DNA of 64,000 bases from Felis catus (taxonomy: Eukaryota), in assembly GCF_018350175.1 (NCBI RefSeq), contig NC_058374.1:45446001-45510000 (forward strand), given 5' to 3'. The position numbers and the translations under genes are program-made. The notes under the pieces were generated by a model that saw nothing but the letters and a program-made list of their open reading frames with translations, did not search any database and was not told the origin of the DNA. This document shows positions 25,023-36,323 of the stretch, in pieces. Position 1 is the first letter of the stretch. Every line of letters begins with the position of its first letter.

Positions 25023-25958
25023 GAAAACCAGCATTGTAAATGTCTGTGAACGCGGGTTTGTGTGTATGAATGTAAATATGTGTAAGACCCTAGAGCAGAG
25101 CATCTCACACTTCACACTGATTCTATGCTGGCTTCAGTCTTGTGTCCCTCAACACAACTCAGTGACCCTGGTGAGTCCTTTGGATCTGTACTTCTAGCAG
25201 AATCTTCGCTCAGCTCAACTCTAGTTGGTTCATGATTTTGCTTCATCTCAAATGAGTGGGTTTGAAGAATATAAAGGCTCATTTGATCAGTGCTCTGATC
25301 CCCTGTCCCCCATGTAGACTGCTTCCTGAGCTATTTCCTACAGAACACCTGCTGCTGTCACTACTGCTGCTCCATCAAACACATGCCAGTTAAAAAAAAA
25401 AAAGGAAAAAAAAAAGAACATTAAGATTTAAACAGTGAAAATAAAAGTGATCTTTTAAAAACTTTAAAATGCACACTCAAAAGCTGCATCTCGGTCTCTG
25501 TCTCTCACATCCACATTCTAAACGGCGAGATCGATTACAATTTCTTGGTCTCGCCTTCTTTTTTCTACGGGTCTTCTGGGTGAAAGGCTGTTAGTGCTTC
25601 ACGGAAGTCAAGTCAAGCACCGTGAAAACTCTAGTTTTAGGTGCTTAGTCTCACCAGTGAAACCCTTACAGTGAATAGTCTCCAAGCTGTTTCTCCTCTG
25701 AGCGGTGTGTGGAAAGGCGTGAGTGCACGGAAACTGACCGAGCCACTGAATTTTCATGGTGAAGAGTGAAATTTCCTACAACGTAGTCAAAATAATTATG
25801 GGAGAGTTTAGTGACGCTCAATAACACAAGTACAACCGATGCGAGTATGTCGTGCAAGTGGAACAGAACTGCAGGGGCTTCCTCTTCACTAGAACATTCT
25901 CCGAGAACATCCATTTCTCCCCACGCGAGTCTCTGCGGCTGGGAGCAATCACCCTGTC

Positions 25959-26861
25959 TTAACAGCACTTGACCTGCTGCAGTGCTCTCAGAGAGGCTTG
26001 CTTTAGCTTGCTGTTTCCGAGAATGAGGATAAATGAGTGACCCCAGGGGTACAAGACTGTGGTCGTCATACCAAAAATAAACAGCAATTTTTTTTCTGGC
26101 ATTGTGAAGCATGCTATTTCTATGGCCAGGCCTATAAAATGCAAGATAAAGAGGATGATGAAAGATATCAAAACTTTCATGGCTTTCATATGCGCTTCTG
26201 TACTGGGGTCTTGGAATCCAGTGACATTCAATTGCATCCGCCTGCTGTGTCTCCAAAGGGAAATGATTAACAGGAAACATGTAATCAGGAATAGCGTGAA
26301 GAGGAGAAGGACTCCTATGTTGACCAAAATCTGCTTAGTTAAGAACTCACTCTTCGGCATGTTGAGCTGCCAGGTTGCGTTTCCATTCCCCACTTTACCG
26401 TCGCTAAGAATCTTCACAATTTGAGGGAACGTAAAGAGCCATGAAATAAACAAGGATCCCATCAGAAGGGGAAGAACCCAATTGATTCTACCCTTCAACC
26501 AGAGAAACATGTGGTGGGAAAAATTTGCTATCTTCAGGAAGTAGAAGGTGCTGAGGCTGGTGGCAAACCAGATGTTTGATTGATTGATAATTATCCATAA
26601 GTAACTAATATAATCAATTAGGTGACCAGAAGAGTACATATCTGGAGAGAATATCTTTATAAATCCATCTGCCATTACTATCAATATCAGACAAATTCTG
26701 GAAGTAGCTAAGCCGGTGAAGATGAAGCCAATCATAGAAAACTTTTTGTTCTTCACACAGTCCATACAGTTTACAAGTCCAATAAATCCATTCCCTAAAA
26801 CCCCCAGTACTGATTCACTAACTGCTATAAAAATGAGAAGGCCTTCCACTATGCTTAACAT
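25959..26861 (-). CDS. TAS2R10: Bitter taste receptor type 2 member 10 (300 aa, intact 7TM, short C-tail)
   Basis: ATG at 26861; [55 protein letters not shown] match TAS2R10; sequon NAT in ECL2; position after TAS2R9 matches human order. Confidence 0.88.
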   Translation of the reverse strand: MLSIVEGLLIFIAVSESVLGVLGNGFIGLVNCMDCVKNKKFSMIGFIFTGLATSRICLILIVMADGFIKIFSPDMYSSGHLIDYISYLWIIINQSNIWFATSLSTFYFLKIANFSHHMFLWLKGRINWVLPLLMGSLFISWLFTFPQIVKILSDGKVGNGNATWQLNMPKSEFLTKQILVNIGVLLLFTLFLITCFLLIISLWRHSRRMQLNVTGFQDPSTEAHMKAMKVLISFIILFILHFIGLAIEIACFTMPEKKLLFIFGMTTTVLYPWGHSFILILGNSKLKQASLRALQQVKCC

Positions 26862-27772
26862 ATCTGCCGATTCCCAGGATAGCTTCTGTTACATCTGTTT
26901 TAGATTACCTGCAGAATGAGACAAACGCTGGCTGCTTGATGGAAGAATTATGCTCTTCTCTTTCATTACACGAAGACTTGAAAGTGCCCCAATAATGCCT
27001 TGTGATGGAATCTGAAACGTCTTCATGGAGACCTCCTCAGGGACATCTATAAAACTTAGCCAGCCTGGAGAATGTGTGTCCAAACTGAAGGCTTACCTAC
27101 AATTTGTTAAGATGCAAATGACAGTTTCTGTGTTGGGGATTTCACTTGTCCTCCCGGGACTATTTTGCATTTGTTAGCCTGAGTTGTGGAGTAGGAGCGC
27201 CCAACGTATATCCACGGGAAACAACACATGACCGAAACAAAACTTGGACTTCATCTTTTCTATATCAACTATAACATCATTTATGTTGTGTTTATGACAG
27301 TTTAGATGTGCATAAAGGAAAAAAGTAGTTGATAGAGGCGACAAATGAATTTAGCCAGTATAGACACTTACTCTGAATAATGAAAGGCATACAGAAACAT
27401 ATTTTCAGCATTTTCCTGATAATTTAGGCAAGGTATATTTCAAGTTTCAATATAAAGAGGACAATAGGTTATAACTCAATTGTATAGAAACACTAAACAC
27501 TTGTTACTTTGTGTTACAGTAGGTATTAAAAATGATTAAAACATTAATGTAATACACTCGAATAATAATTTAATAATTTTGCTGCTCTACTAAAAACTTA
27601 AGCTCAACTCTGGGTATGCTAAATTTCACAAATATTATCTTACAAAATTGTTGCTGGGTTTTTCGTCTCATAAGTTATTCCATCTATGAATGCAGAAGAT
27701 TATGTTGACTGCTTTTGATTTCAAAGGCTTTTATTAATAATCTTTTCATCAAGGCTGTTCCACTTTGATGGC

Positions 27773-27920
27773 ATCCATTCATTCATTTAGTCAATGAGTA
27801 TTTTACTGAGTGTCTAAATATATTATGCTCTCTCCTGGACACTGAAGAAATAAAATGATACACAGGACCTCAAAGCTTGTGTGATTCATAGAGTTTATAT
27901 TCTGATGGAGGAAGCAGGAA
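27773..27920 (-). mobile_element. L2 3' fragment
   Basis: cattcattcatttagtcaatgagtattttactgagtgtcta...gagtttatattctgatggagg. Confidence 0.6.
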
Positions 27921-27993
27921 ACAATTACTTAAATCAATATATTGATCCAAACTTTTACTTTTAAAAGTAACACTTGACATTTTTTTGTGACGT

Positions 27994-28170
27994 TAATATG
28001 TTCCCAACGCTGTGCTAAGCACTTTATGGTCATTTTCTTGTTTCAATTTCACAAAACAGGCCTTTAAAATAGGCTCTCCTATTATCTTCATTTTAAAAAT
28101 GAATAAACTAAGCTTTAGAGATGAGAACTCCCACTCATCTCGGCACAAACTCTGTGCAGAAAATTTCACA
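27994..28170 (-). mobile_element. MIR
   Basis: ctgtgctaagcacttta...ctattatcttcattttaaaaatgaataaactaag. Confidence 0.65.
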
Positions 28171-28452
28171 ATGAGCTCACAATAAAATACCATCAAGCAT
28201 AGGAACAGACTACGCATGAGTTAGGAAAGCAAAACAAACACGACCAAGCAGCAAACTTAGGCTTTACATGGACTGCACATATTGGAATTGACAGATAAGA
28301 TATCTGCAGATGTAACAGCTATGTATGGAAAGTTTTAAAAAAAATAAAGGGTGCAAAGGCAATTTCAGAGAAGAACAAAAATAAGATACTGTCAGAAAGA
28401 AATGGGAACATTTGGGGACAAATCTTTTAGAAATAAAAAATAAATGATATTT

Positions 28453-28676
28453 GGGGCACCTGGGCGGTCAGTCAGTTAAGTGTCTGACTTAGGTTCAGGT
28501 CATGAACTCACGGTTTCGTGGGTTCGAGCCCTGCGTAGTTGCTCTGTGCTGACAGCTCAGAACCTGGAGCCTGCTTTGGATTCTGTGTCTCCCTCTTCTC
28601 TCTGCCCCTCCCCCCACTTGCTCTCTGCCTCTCTCTTTCTCTCAAAAATGAATAAATGTTGAAAAAAATTCAGTGA
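28453..28676 (+). mobile_element. CAN-SINE
   Basis: Full head, body and tail. Confidence 0.9.
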
Positions 28677-28753
28677 AATAAATTCTATTCCATGGAAATG
28701 TGCTAAACACTCCAAATAAAAGACTAACGTTAACAGCCAGGATTGTTAAAACC

Positions 28754-28947
28754 GTTTGTTTATTTATTTATTTTTAGGGAGGGGGAGAGAGAGAACACAG
28801 GAGAGCAGGGGAGAGAGAAAATCCCAAGCAGGCTCCATGCTGTCAGCCCAGAGCTGGACAGGGGGCTGGATCTCACGGACGACGGGATCATGACCTGAGC
28901 CGAAATCAAGAGTCAGACGCTTAACGGACTGAGCCACCAGGCGCTCC
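28754..28947 (-). mobile_element. CAN-SINE
   Basis: Full head, body and tail. Confidence 0.88.
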
Positions 28948-29189
28948 ACTGTTATGGTTTTCTAGAAGGTACAGACCTTGCACATATTTTAAAGTTAGGT
29001 ACGTCTATCTTTCCCCTTACATTGTCAAGCTCTTCCTCTGTGATTCAAAATGCCTTCTTGAGATTAAACGTACAGCTTTATTTTCTTTTAGTCCTTTTAT
29101 AGTGTTTATTAAATAAATTTTTTAAAAATTAGGGTGTTAAGCTCACACCCCCTCTTCCCCCCCAACCACCACCAAATAGTTTCCGTACT

Positions 29190-29405
29190 TACTAAGGTTC
29201 TTGGTTGCATAATCAGAAACTAACTTAATTTAAACGGAAAAATAATCTTTCAGAAGCTTGTGCGTAACTCACAGAAATGAGAAATAGACTGGAAAATCAA
29301 CCTGAGGCAATAACCAAGAAAGGGCATATACAGGTAACCTGCAGCCACAAGAAGTCGTTGTAGGTCGTCGCCTTCCCCACTGTCATGGGACACTCATGCC
29401 GTGAC
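29190..29405. mobile_element. Old MaLR (MLT1-like) LTR hosting the mini-provirus; resumes at ~31448
   Basis: Starts ggttcttggttgcataatcagaaactaac, typical of MLT1. Confidence 0.5.
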
Positions 29406-29836
29406 TGTAGGTTCACCACCTTCTCACCAGGAGCTTTGGTGGTGCAATATGAAACTGGCCCCTGTAGGCAGAAGTCAGGGAGAGGCCCAAGAAAGAGGCA
29501 GGCCAGTCCATGTTGACAAGGGGCAGCTTTAATAATAGCAAAGGGAACTTACCTACAAAGCTTGCCTTGGGCAGCAGCAAGACAAGTGAATCCCTGTACC
29601 CACTCTCCAAATCTGAAGAGTTTATAAAGAGGCCCTAATGGGGCTCATACTCCATGCATCTGCTTTCACCATCACATCACCAACTCAAGACTGTCCCAGA
29701 GCAGCCTCTGGGAGTGGAAAAGCCAAGTGGAACCCACATTCCAAGTACAGGAGAGGGAGTGAGGAAGCCTTCAAGTGTCTGGGTTCAGCTCATGGGTCAA
29801 TTGGTGTCATATCTTTTCTCCATTACCTTCCCCAAC
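29406..29836 (-). mobile_element. 3' LTR of the mini-provirus (431 bp)
   Basis: tgtagg...cccaaca termini; minus-strand TATAAA (~29610) and ATTAAA (~29530). Confidence 0.85.
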
Positions 29837-29849
29837 ACTCTACTCCTCC
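29837..29849 (-). promoter_or_regulatory. Polypurine tract
   Basis: Minus strand AGGAGGAGTAGAG directly precedes TGTTGGG of the 3' LTR. Confidence 0.75.
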
Positions 29850-29880
29850 TGACCAGTTCTTACAATCTTTTACACCCAAC

Positions 29881-30074
29881 TTTTTTCTCTTTTTTAATTT
29901 GAGAGAGAGAGAGAGAGAGGACATGTGGGAGAGAGAGGCAGAGGGAGAGAGAAACTTAAGCAGGCTCCATGCTTAGCCTGGAGCCCCACCCTGGGCTCAA
30001 TCCCCCAACCCCGGATCATGACCTAAGCCAAAATCAAGAGTCGAACACTCGACCAACTGAGACACCCATTGCCC
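29881..30074 (-). mobile_element. CAN-SINE inside the mini-provirus
   Basis: SINE body with (GA)n. Confidence 0.85.
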
Positions 30075-30206
30075 CAACATCTGCCTCTTTTGCAATGGGC
30101 CCTGAGTGGTCAGCAAGGGGCTATATTAGCATGGATGTGGTTCTTATGGAAGCGCTCTGGCTGCCTTGGAGGCTGCTGTGAGAGAAAACACCGGTTAGGA
30201 CAATAA

Positions 30207-30285
30207 TTTTTCTTCAAATGTTTATTTAAATTCTAGTTAGTTAGCATACAGAGTAATATTGTTTTCAGGAGTAGAATTTAGTAAT
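30207..30285 (-). mobile_element. Short carnivore L1 3' fragment inside the mini-provirus
   Basis: tttatttaaattctagttagttagcatacagagtaatattgttttcaggagtagaatttag. Confidence 0.65.
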
Positions 30286-30630
30286 ACATCTTTCCTGCAT
30301 ACAGAGTTGACATTCTCATGTCCTTTTCTTATCTTAGCTTGTCTTTCAACTTCTAGACATGAGTTTCAGCCTTCAGCCAGGCATCAGTGGCCAGCTAGAA
30401 CTGCCCATCATGGAGGCCAGACCACTGGCCAGACCACAGTGCTCCCTTCCTTGCCACAGTGAGTAATGTACTGTGCATTGTTCCACCAACAAGTGCATTT
30501 TCTGGCATCCCTTTGCTCACGAGGTGGTCCATATGTATCTGATATATGGGCCACCTCTCCCCACCTAGAGGTTGATGGCCAATTCGAGATCTCCCCATAG
30601 AATGCCTCTTTTCCAAGGCCCATTTCTTTA

Positions 30631-30650
30631 GACTCCTGCCTGGCTCACCA
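30631..30650 (-). promoter_or_regulatory. Primer-binding site, tRNA-Arg(ACG) type
   Basis: Minus strand TGGTGAGCCAGGCAGGAGTC versus TGGCGAGCCAGCCAGGAGTC (complement of the tRNA-Arg-ACG 3' end as recalled): 18/20, 2 nt after the LTR's CA end. Confidence 0.8.
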
Positions 30651-31080
30651 ATTGTAGGCTCACAACCCTCTTAGAAGCTTTCTTGGAAACTGGCTCCTGT
30701 ATGCAGAGGAGAGGGAGAAACCAAAGAAAGAGGCAGGCCACTCTCCATGTTGGTAGCTGGCATTTTAATAACGGCAAAGGGAATTTAAATACGAGGCTTG
30801 TCTTGAGCAGTAGTAAGACAAATGGGTCTCCACACCCACACTCTAAATCTTAGAAGCTTATAAAGAGGCACTAATCGGGCTTGGTCACATACACCATGCA
30901 GGTGTCTCACTCTGTTTTCAACATCACATTACTATCTCAAGGCCATATCTTGGGGCAGGCTCTGGGAGCAGAAAAGCAAGTGGAACCCATATTCCAAGGA
31001 CAAGGGGAAGGGTGAAGAGCCTCCAAATACCCAGGTTCAACTTTTGGGTCAATTGGCAGTCACATCTCTTTTTTTGTTTT

Positions 31081-31325
31081 TTGTTTTTTGTTTTTTTTTT
31101 TATTTAAAAAAATTTTTTTTTTCAACGTTTATTTATTTTTGGGGCAGAGAGAGACAGAGCATGAACGGGGGAGGGGCAGAGAGAGAGGGAGACACAGAAT
31201 CGGAAACAGGCTCCAGGCTCTGAGCCATCAGCCCAGAGCCCGACGCGGGGCTCGAACTCACGGACCGTGAGATCGTGACCTGGCTGAAGTCGGACACTTA
31301 ACCGACTGCGCCACCCAGGCGCCCC
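31081..31325 (-). mobile_element. Young SINEC_Fc inside the LTR
   Basis: TSD tctctttttttgtttt. Confidence 0.93.
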
Positions 31326-31341
31326 TCTCTTTTTTTGTTTT

Positions 31342-31411
31342 TAATGTTTATGTATTTATGTATTTATTTATTTATTCACTTATTCATTTATTTATTCTTG
31401 AGAGAGAAAGA
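31342..31411 (-). mobile_element. Tail-only truncated SINE
   Basis: (TTTA)n plus gagagagaaag; TSD gcagtcacatct. Confidence 0.7.
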
Positions 31412-32559
31412 GCAGTCACATCTTTTTTGATCACGTTTCCCAAGCCATCACCCCTGCCATCATTAAATTCACTGCCATGAAAAAAGAACACTTGACACCT
31501 TTGCAGTCACTCGAAAGAATCTCTAACAGACACGCATCTTTGGATCACTTCTGCAAGGTTCAAAGGAAGCTATCATCTAAAGGGAGCTCTCAGAGGTCAG
31601 AAAAAGCAGCTGCCTTGACTCAGATCCAATCCTGTATAAATCATTTTCATTGTATGACAGATTGTTGCTGCATCCACCTTGTGATATGGCGGAACTGAGA
31701 ATGTTCAATTCATGATGGGTAGCTCTGGTCTCATAGTCACTGGGTATCCCTTGGTTAGGTGTACAATCTGTACTAGGGTTTAGTAACACAGCATGAGTAG
31801 TTCTCTCTGCAGAAGGTAAGGCCTTATCCCAGTATTCTTAGGGTTCTGGGCCGCAATTCCATCAGGGCTTTCACATGACATCTTTATCTACCTCTCATAG
31901 CATTGACTCTACAAGGTCATGTGGCCCAAGTGCCAGGACAGCTTGCACCACAGACTGGACCCGCTACAGAGGCCTCCTTTGCTTCGGCCCCTTTCTCTCT
32001 TGAACACCTTCATTGAGATTAGCATAGCTTCCCCCTTCATTCATTCATGACCTTGTTCAAATGCTACCTTCTCGGTGATACTTTTCTTGGCCATCCTATT
32101 TAAAATTGCAACACTTCCACTCTCCTGCTTCATTTTCTTCATTGTAGTTATCAATATCGAATATAATTTATTTTTATTATTACTCACATATGAGTACAAA
32201 GAGGAGGGTATTTTGTTTATTTGTCTACAGCTATATCCCCAATAGACTACCAAAAATGTATTGTAATGAAAGAATAAATAAATGCTCAACTAGTATGTAA
32301 TTTCTCTTTGGAACTTCTTTGAAAAACCTGTCAATGGACTTCCAGTTTCTGGTTCCACAGGTAAGGAGCTTGGAGGTCACTATGCCACCCTAACAAGTAT
32401 AAAACTGAACATTATATTTAATGTACATATATATACGCTTATGTATACTTTTATATAGACAGCAATAATACAAGGGATGGAAGGAGTTATGATTATTTTG
32501 TAATTATAAAGTACCTGCATTATCCACGAAGTGATGCCATGTTATTTGCAAGTAGACTT

Positions 32560-32674
32560 GGGGAGAGCTTGGCTGGCTCAGTCTGTGGAGCGTGGGACTC
32601 TTGATCTCAGAGTTGTAAGTCAAAATCCCACATCGGGTGTAGAGATTATTTAAAAATTAAAAAAAAAAAATCTT
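32560..32674 (+). mobile_element. Short old CAN-SINE
   Basis: ggctggctcagtctgtggagcgtgggactcttgatctc head. Confidence 0.8.
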
Positions 32675-32675
32675 T

Positions 32676-32892
32676 GGGGCGCCTGGGTGGCTCAGTCGGT
32701 TGAGCATCCAGCTTCGGCTCAGGTCATGATCTCGCAGTCTGTGAGTTTGAGCTCCGAGTTGGGCTCTGTGCTGGCAGCTCAGAGCCTGGAGCCTGCTTCG
32801 GATTCTGTGTCTCCCTCTCTCTCTGCCCCTCCCCTGCTCATGCTCTGTCTCTCTCTGTCTCAAAAATAAACAAACATTAAAAAAAAACTTTT
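32676..32892 (+). mobile_element. CAN-SINE in the tail of the preceding SINE
   Basis: Full-length body. Confidence 0.92.
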
Positions 32893-33931
32893 TTAATCTT
32901 AAAAAAAAAGAAAGTGAACTTGGATTAATTGCAAATGAATATTGCAAATTCTTAAGCAACCATTAAAAAAGGTAATTATAAAAAAAAGAAGTATAGCTTA
33001 TATGCTAAGCAAGGAGAGAAAAAGGATTATATAAAATTTTCGGTTGAAGCCACAAAAGGCAGAAAAAAGTGGAAGACAAATATAAGAATAAAGAGCAAGG
33101 GCAACAAATAGAAAGGAGTAATAAATATAATAGATATTATCCAACAGTATCGATAATCATTTTGAATGTTAATCATCTAAATGTACCACCTAAAAGATAG
33201 AGACTGTGAGATTAGATTTAAAAAACCTAAAATATGTTTGTCTAAAAAAAAAACACTTTAAATATGAAGACACATATAGATTAAATATAAATGAATAGAG
33301 AAAAATATACCAAGCTAACACTAATCCAAAGAAAGCAGAAATAGCCGTACTGAAGTCTGGTCTGTTTTCAAAGCAAGGAAAGTTATCAGGAAGATCATTA
33401 AATAATGATAAAGGGGTCAGACTCCAAAGAGACATAATAATCCTTAACACTTTAATGCCCAAAAATAGAGCATCAAACTACACGAGGCAAATGCTGATAG
33501 ACCTGCGAGGAGAAACAGATGGATGAATACACAATAATAGTTCGATATTCCAACAGTCTTCAGTAAAGATGGACCAATCTAGCAGGCATAAAATCTGTGA
33601 GGACATAGTTGAACTCAATAACACCATCGATCAACAGGATATAATTGAAACATATAGACTCTTCATCGAACAACAGTAGATTATACATTTCTCTCAAGCT
33701 CACCTGGAATATTCATCAAAATAGACCACCCTCTCGGCCACAAAGTGCACCTTCACAAATCTAAAGAATAGAAGTCATGCAATATCTGCCTTCAGACCAG
33801 AATGGGATTAATAGTCAATAAGAGAAAGATAACTGGAAAATCCCCAAAGAGGGAGATTAAACAACACGTTTCTAAATGTGTCTAAAGCTCAAAGAAATAA
33901 TCTCAAGAGAAATTTAAAATACTTTGAACTC

Positions 33932-34160
33932 GGGGCGCCTGGGTGGCACAGTCGGTTAAGCGTCCGACTTCAGCCAGGTCACGATCTCGCAGTCTGTGAG
34001 TTCGAGCCCCGCGTCGGGCTCTGGGCTGATGGCTCGGACCCTGGAGCCTGTTTCCGATTCTGTGTCTCCCTCTCTCTCTGCCCCTCCCCTGTTCATGCTC
34101 TGTCTCTCTCTGTCCCAAAAATAAATAAACGTTGAAAAAAAAAATTTTTTTTAAATAAAA
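33932..34160 (+). mobile_element. Young SINEC_Fc
   Basis: TSD taaaatactttgaact. Confidence 0.94.
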
Positions 34161-34854
34161 TAAAATACTTTGAACTAAATAAAAATGAAAACACAACTTT
34201 TCAAAATTTGGTGGATGCAGGGAAAGCAGAGCTTAGAGGGAAATGTATAGCATTGAATGCATATATTAGAAAAGAAGAAAGACCTAAAATTGATCAACTA
34301 AGCCTCCACCTGAGGAAACGAGAAAAAGAAGAACAAATCCAACCCAATAAACAAAAGAAAAGAAATAATAAGACTTTGATCAGAAAATGATGAAATTTAA
34401 AACAGGAAATCAGTGGGCAAATATCAATAAAACAAAAAGCCGCTTCTTTGAATGGTCAATAAAACTGATAAGCTTCTTAAACTAACAAAGAAAAGAAAGC
34501 GAGGACACAAATTACTGATATCACAAATGAGAGGGACGTCACTACTAATCCCATAAAGGTTTTTAAGCAAAATCCGATCTGAAGAGTAGAGAATTTGTTT
34601 TTAGTTAGCATTGCTACAAGTTATGATTTGGTTTTTAGATGAATCAAAGTACCCACAGTTAAGACCCAGGACTCAAACTTATTATACCCACATTCTGTTC
34701 TATATAAAATTATATATGAACTACCAGGAAAATTTCCAACACTGAATATGAAAACAATTAATCTATTGACAAATATTTATAACTGTTCTGATATTACCAG
34801 GGCTCTATGGGGATGCTCTTAGTACCAAGATGGACTTGTTCTGAGAAGGTCTCA

Positions 34855-35330
34855 CAACAAGAAGCTCTCCAGACATCAACAGTTCTACCATTCAACTCAG
34901 TTCTGACATTATTTACTGGGAGATAGCATCAGACTCCACAGGTTAAGGGCTCAGTCCTGCATGACTGCACCCCTCCGCCCCCATTTCAGATGCCAGTCAC
35001 TAACCCAGGCTGTTACCTGTACCTCTGAACTAACTATAAATCGGAGATCCCTCTTTGGGTTTGCTTAATTTCCTAAGCAGCTCGCAGAACTCAGAGAAAC
35101 ATTTTACTTACTACATTATCAATTTATTATAAAAGGGTATGCCTCAGAAACAGCCAGACGGAAGAGATGCATAGGGCAAGATAGGGCAAGGTATGCAGGA
35201 AAAGGTGCAAGCTTCTGGAACCTCTCCAAGCCTGCCACTCCCCCTGAACCTCCAGATGTTTGCCAAACTCTGAATCTTGTCCTTTTCAGGTACAGAAGAG
35301 TGATTAACACATGGGAATGCTTCCTACATT
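34855..35330. mobile_element. MER21-like LTR fragment
   Basis: caactcagttctgacatt...gatagcatcagactccacaggttaagggctcagtcc...gaagagatgcatagggcaag resembles MER21. Confidence 0.65.
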
Positions 35331-35409
35331 ATTTGACAAGGTCAAATGTATTAGGTCATAATTTAAACTGTCCTTTTTTCATTGGGAATTAAGAACATTC
35401 ATAGATTCA

Positions 35410-35618
35410 GGGCAACTGGGTGGCTCAGGCAGTTAAGCATCCGACTCTTGATTTCAGCTCAGGTCATAACCTTACGATCATGAGATGAAGCCCCGCATCG
35501 GGCTCCGGGCTGAGTGTGGAGGCTGCTTGGGATTCTCTCTCTCTCTGCCCCTCCCCATGCTCAAAAATTAATAAATAAATATTAAGAAAAGCTAAAAAAA
35601 AAAAAGAAGAAGAAGAAG
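35410..35618 (+). mobile_element. CAN-SINE with (GAA)n tail
   Basis: TSD similar to aagaacatt..agattca. Confidence 0.88.
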
Positions 35619-35760
35619 AAGAACATTAAGAGATTCAAGGGACCTTGATGGTGGAACATTTCTTGGTTGGTAAACAAAAATTCCACTCAAACATCATTTA
35701 CAATTATAGTATTAATATAAGTGCGATGAAATTTTTTTTCTGTTTGCAATATATCTTTAT

Positions 35761-35877
35761 TCTTTTTCTTTTAATATATGAAATTTATTGTCAAATTGGT
35801 TTCCATACAACACCCAGCGCTCATCTCAAAAGATGCCCTCTTCAATACCCATCACCCACCCCCCCTCCCTCCCACCC
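35761..35877 (-). mobile_element. Short felid L1 3' end
   Basis: Minus strand gggtgggagggaggg...gggtattgaagagggcatc...tatggaaaccaatttgacaataaatttcat. Confidence 0.85.
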
Positions 35878-36100
35878 AAAATTGTATTAATAACAACAAG
35901 AATTCTATGAACTATGCCAGAATCCAGAAATACCTGTTTTGGTTAGATGCTCAAATTCTTTGATAAAATACACACCGTAGCATAATACTATGCCTACATA
36001 TTTTTTGTAGTAAGTGTGTGGGAGAAGAGGGGAATATAAGATAATTATTTCATTTAGCTTTCTTGCCAAAATGTTGGAAAACAAAAATGTATTTGCTTGT

Positions 36101-36323
36101 GGGGCTCCTCGGTGGCTCAGTTGGTTAAGCATCGGACCTCAGCTCAGGTCAGAATCTCACAGTCTGGGAGTTCAAGCCCTTCATGGGGCTCTGTGCTGAC
36201 AGCTCAGAGCCTGGAGCCTGCTTCGGATTCTGTGTCTCCTTCCCTCTCTCCCCCTCCGCCGTTTGTGCTCTGTCTCTTTATCTCAAATATAAATATTTTT
36301 TTTAAGTTTTAATAAAAGTTTTA
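36101..36323 (+). mobile_element. CAN-SINE
   Basis: TSD aaaaatgtat(t/a)tgct. Confidence 0.9.

Larger units (their letters stand above)
29406..31447 (-). mobile_element. Internally deleted two-LTR endogenous retrovirus-like element (ERV1-like)
   Basis: Two homologous LTRs (29406-29836 and 30653-31447), PBS next to the right LTR, PPT next to the left LTR, probable 4-bp TSD tgac/tcac. Confidence 0.85.
30653..31447 (-). mobile_element. 5' LTR of the mini-provirus, interrupted by two SINEs
   Basis: Aligns by eye along the length of 29406-29836 (tgtaggctcacaacc...aagaaagaggcaggcc...ggcaaagggaa...gtcacatctttt...tttcccaa). Confidence 0.85.
32400..34555 (+). mobile_element. Old L1 (L1MC/MD-like) inter-ORF to ORF2 endonuclease region, SINE-interrupted
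   Basis: gttgaactcaataacaccatcgatcaacagg, ctcaagctcacctggaatattcatcaaaatagacc, agagggaaatgtatagcattgaatgc. Confidence 0.75.

Noticed and set aside
25666-26280. 204-aa same-strand alternative-frame ORF overlapping the TAS2R10 3' half
   Set aside because: It begins inside TAS2R10 and has no recognisable domain. Most likely a by-product of codon composition; only ribosome profiling could rescue it.
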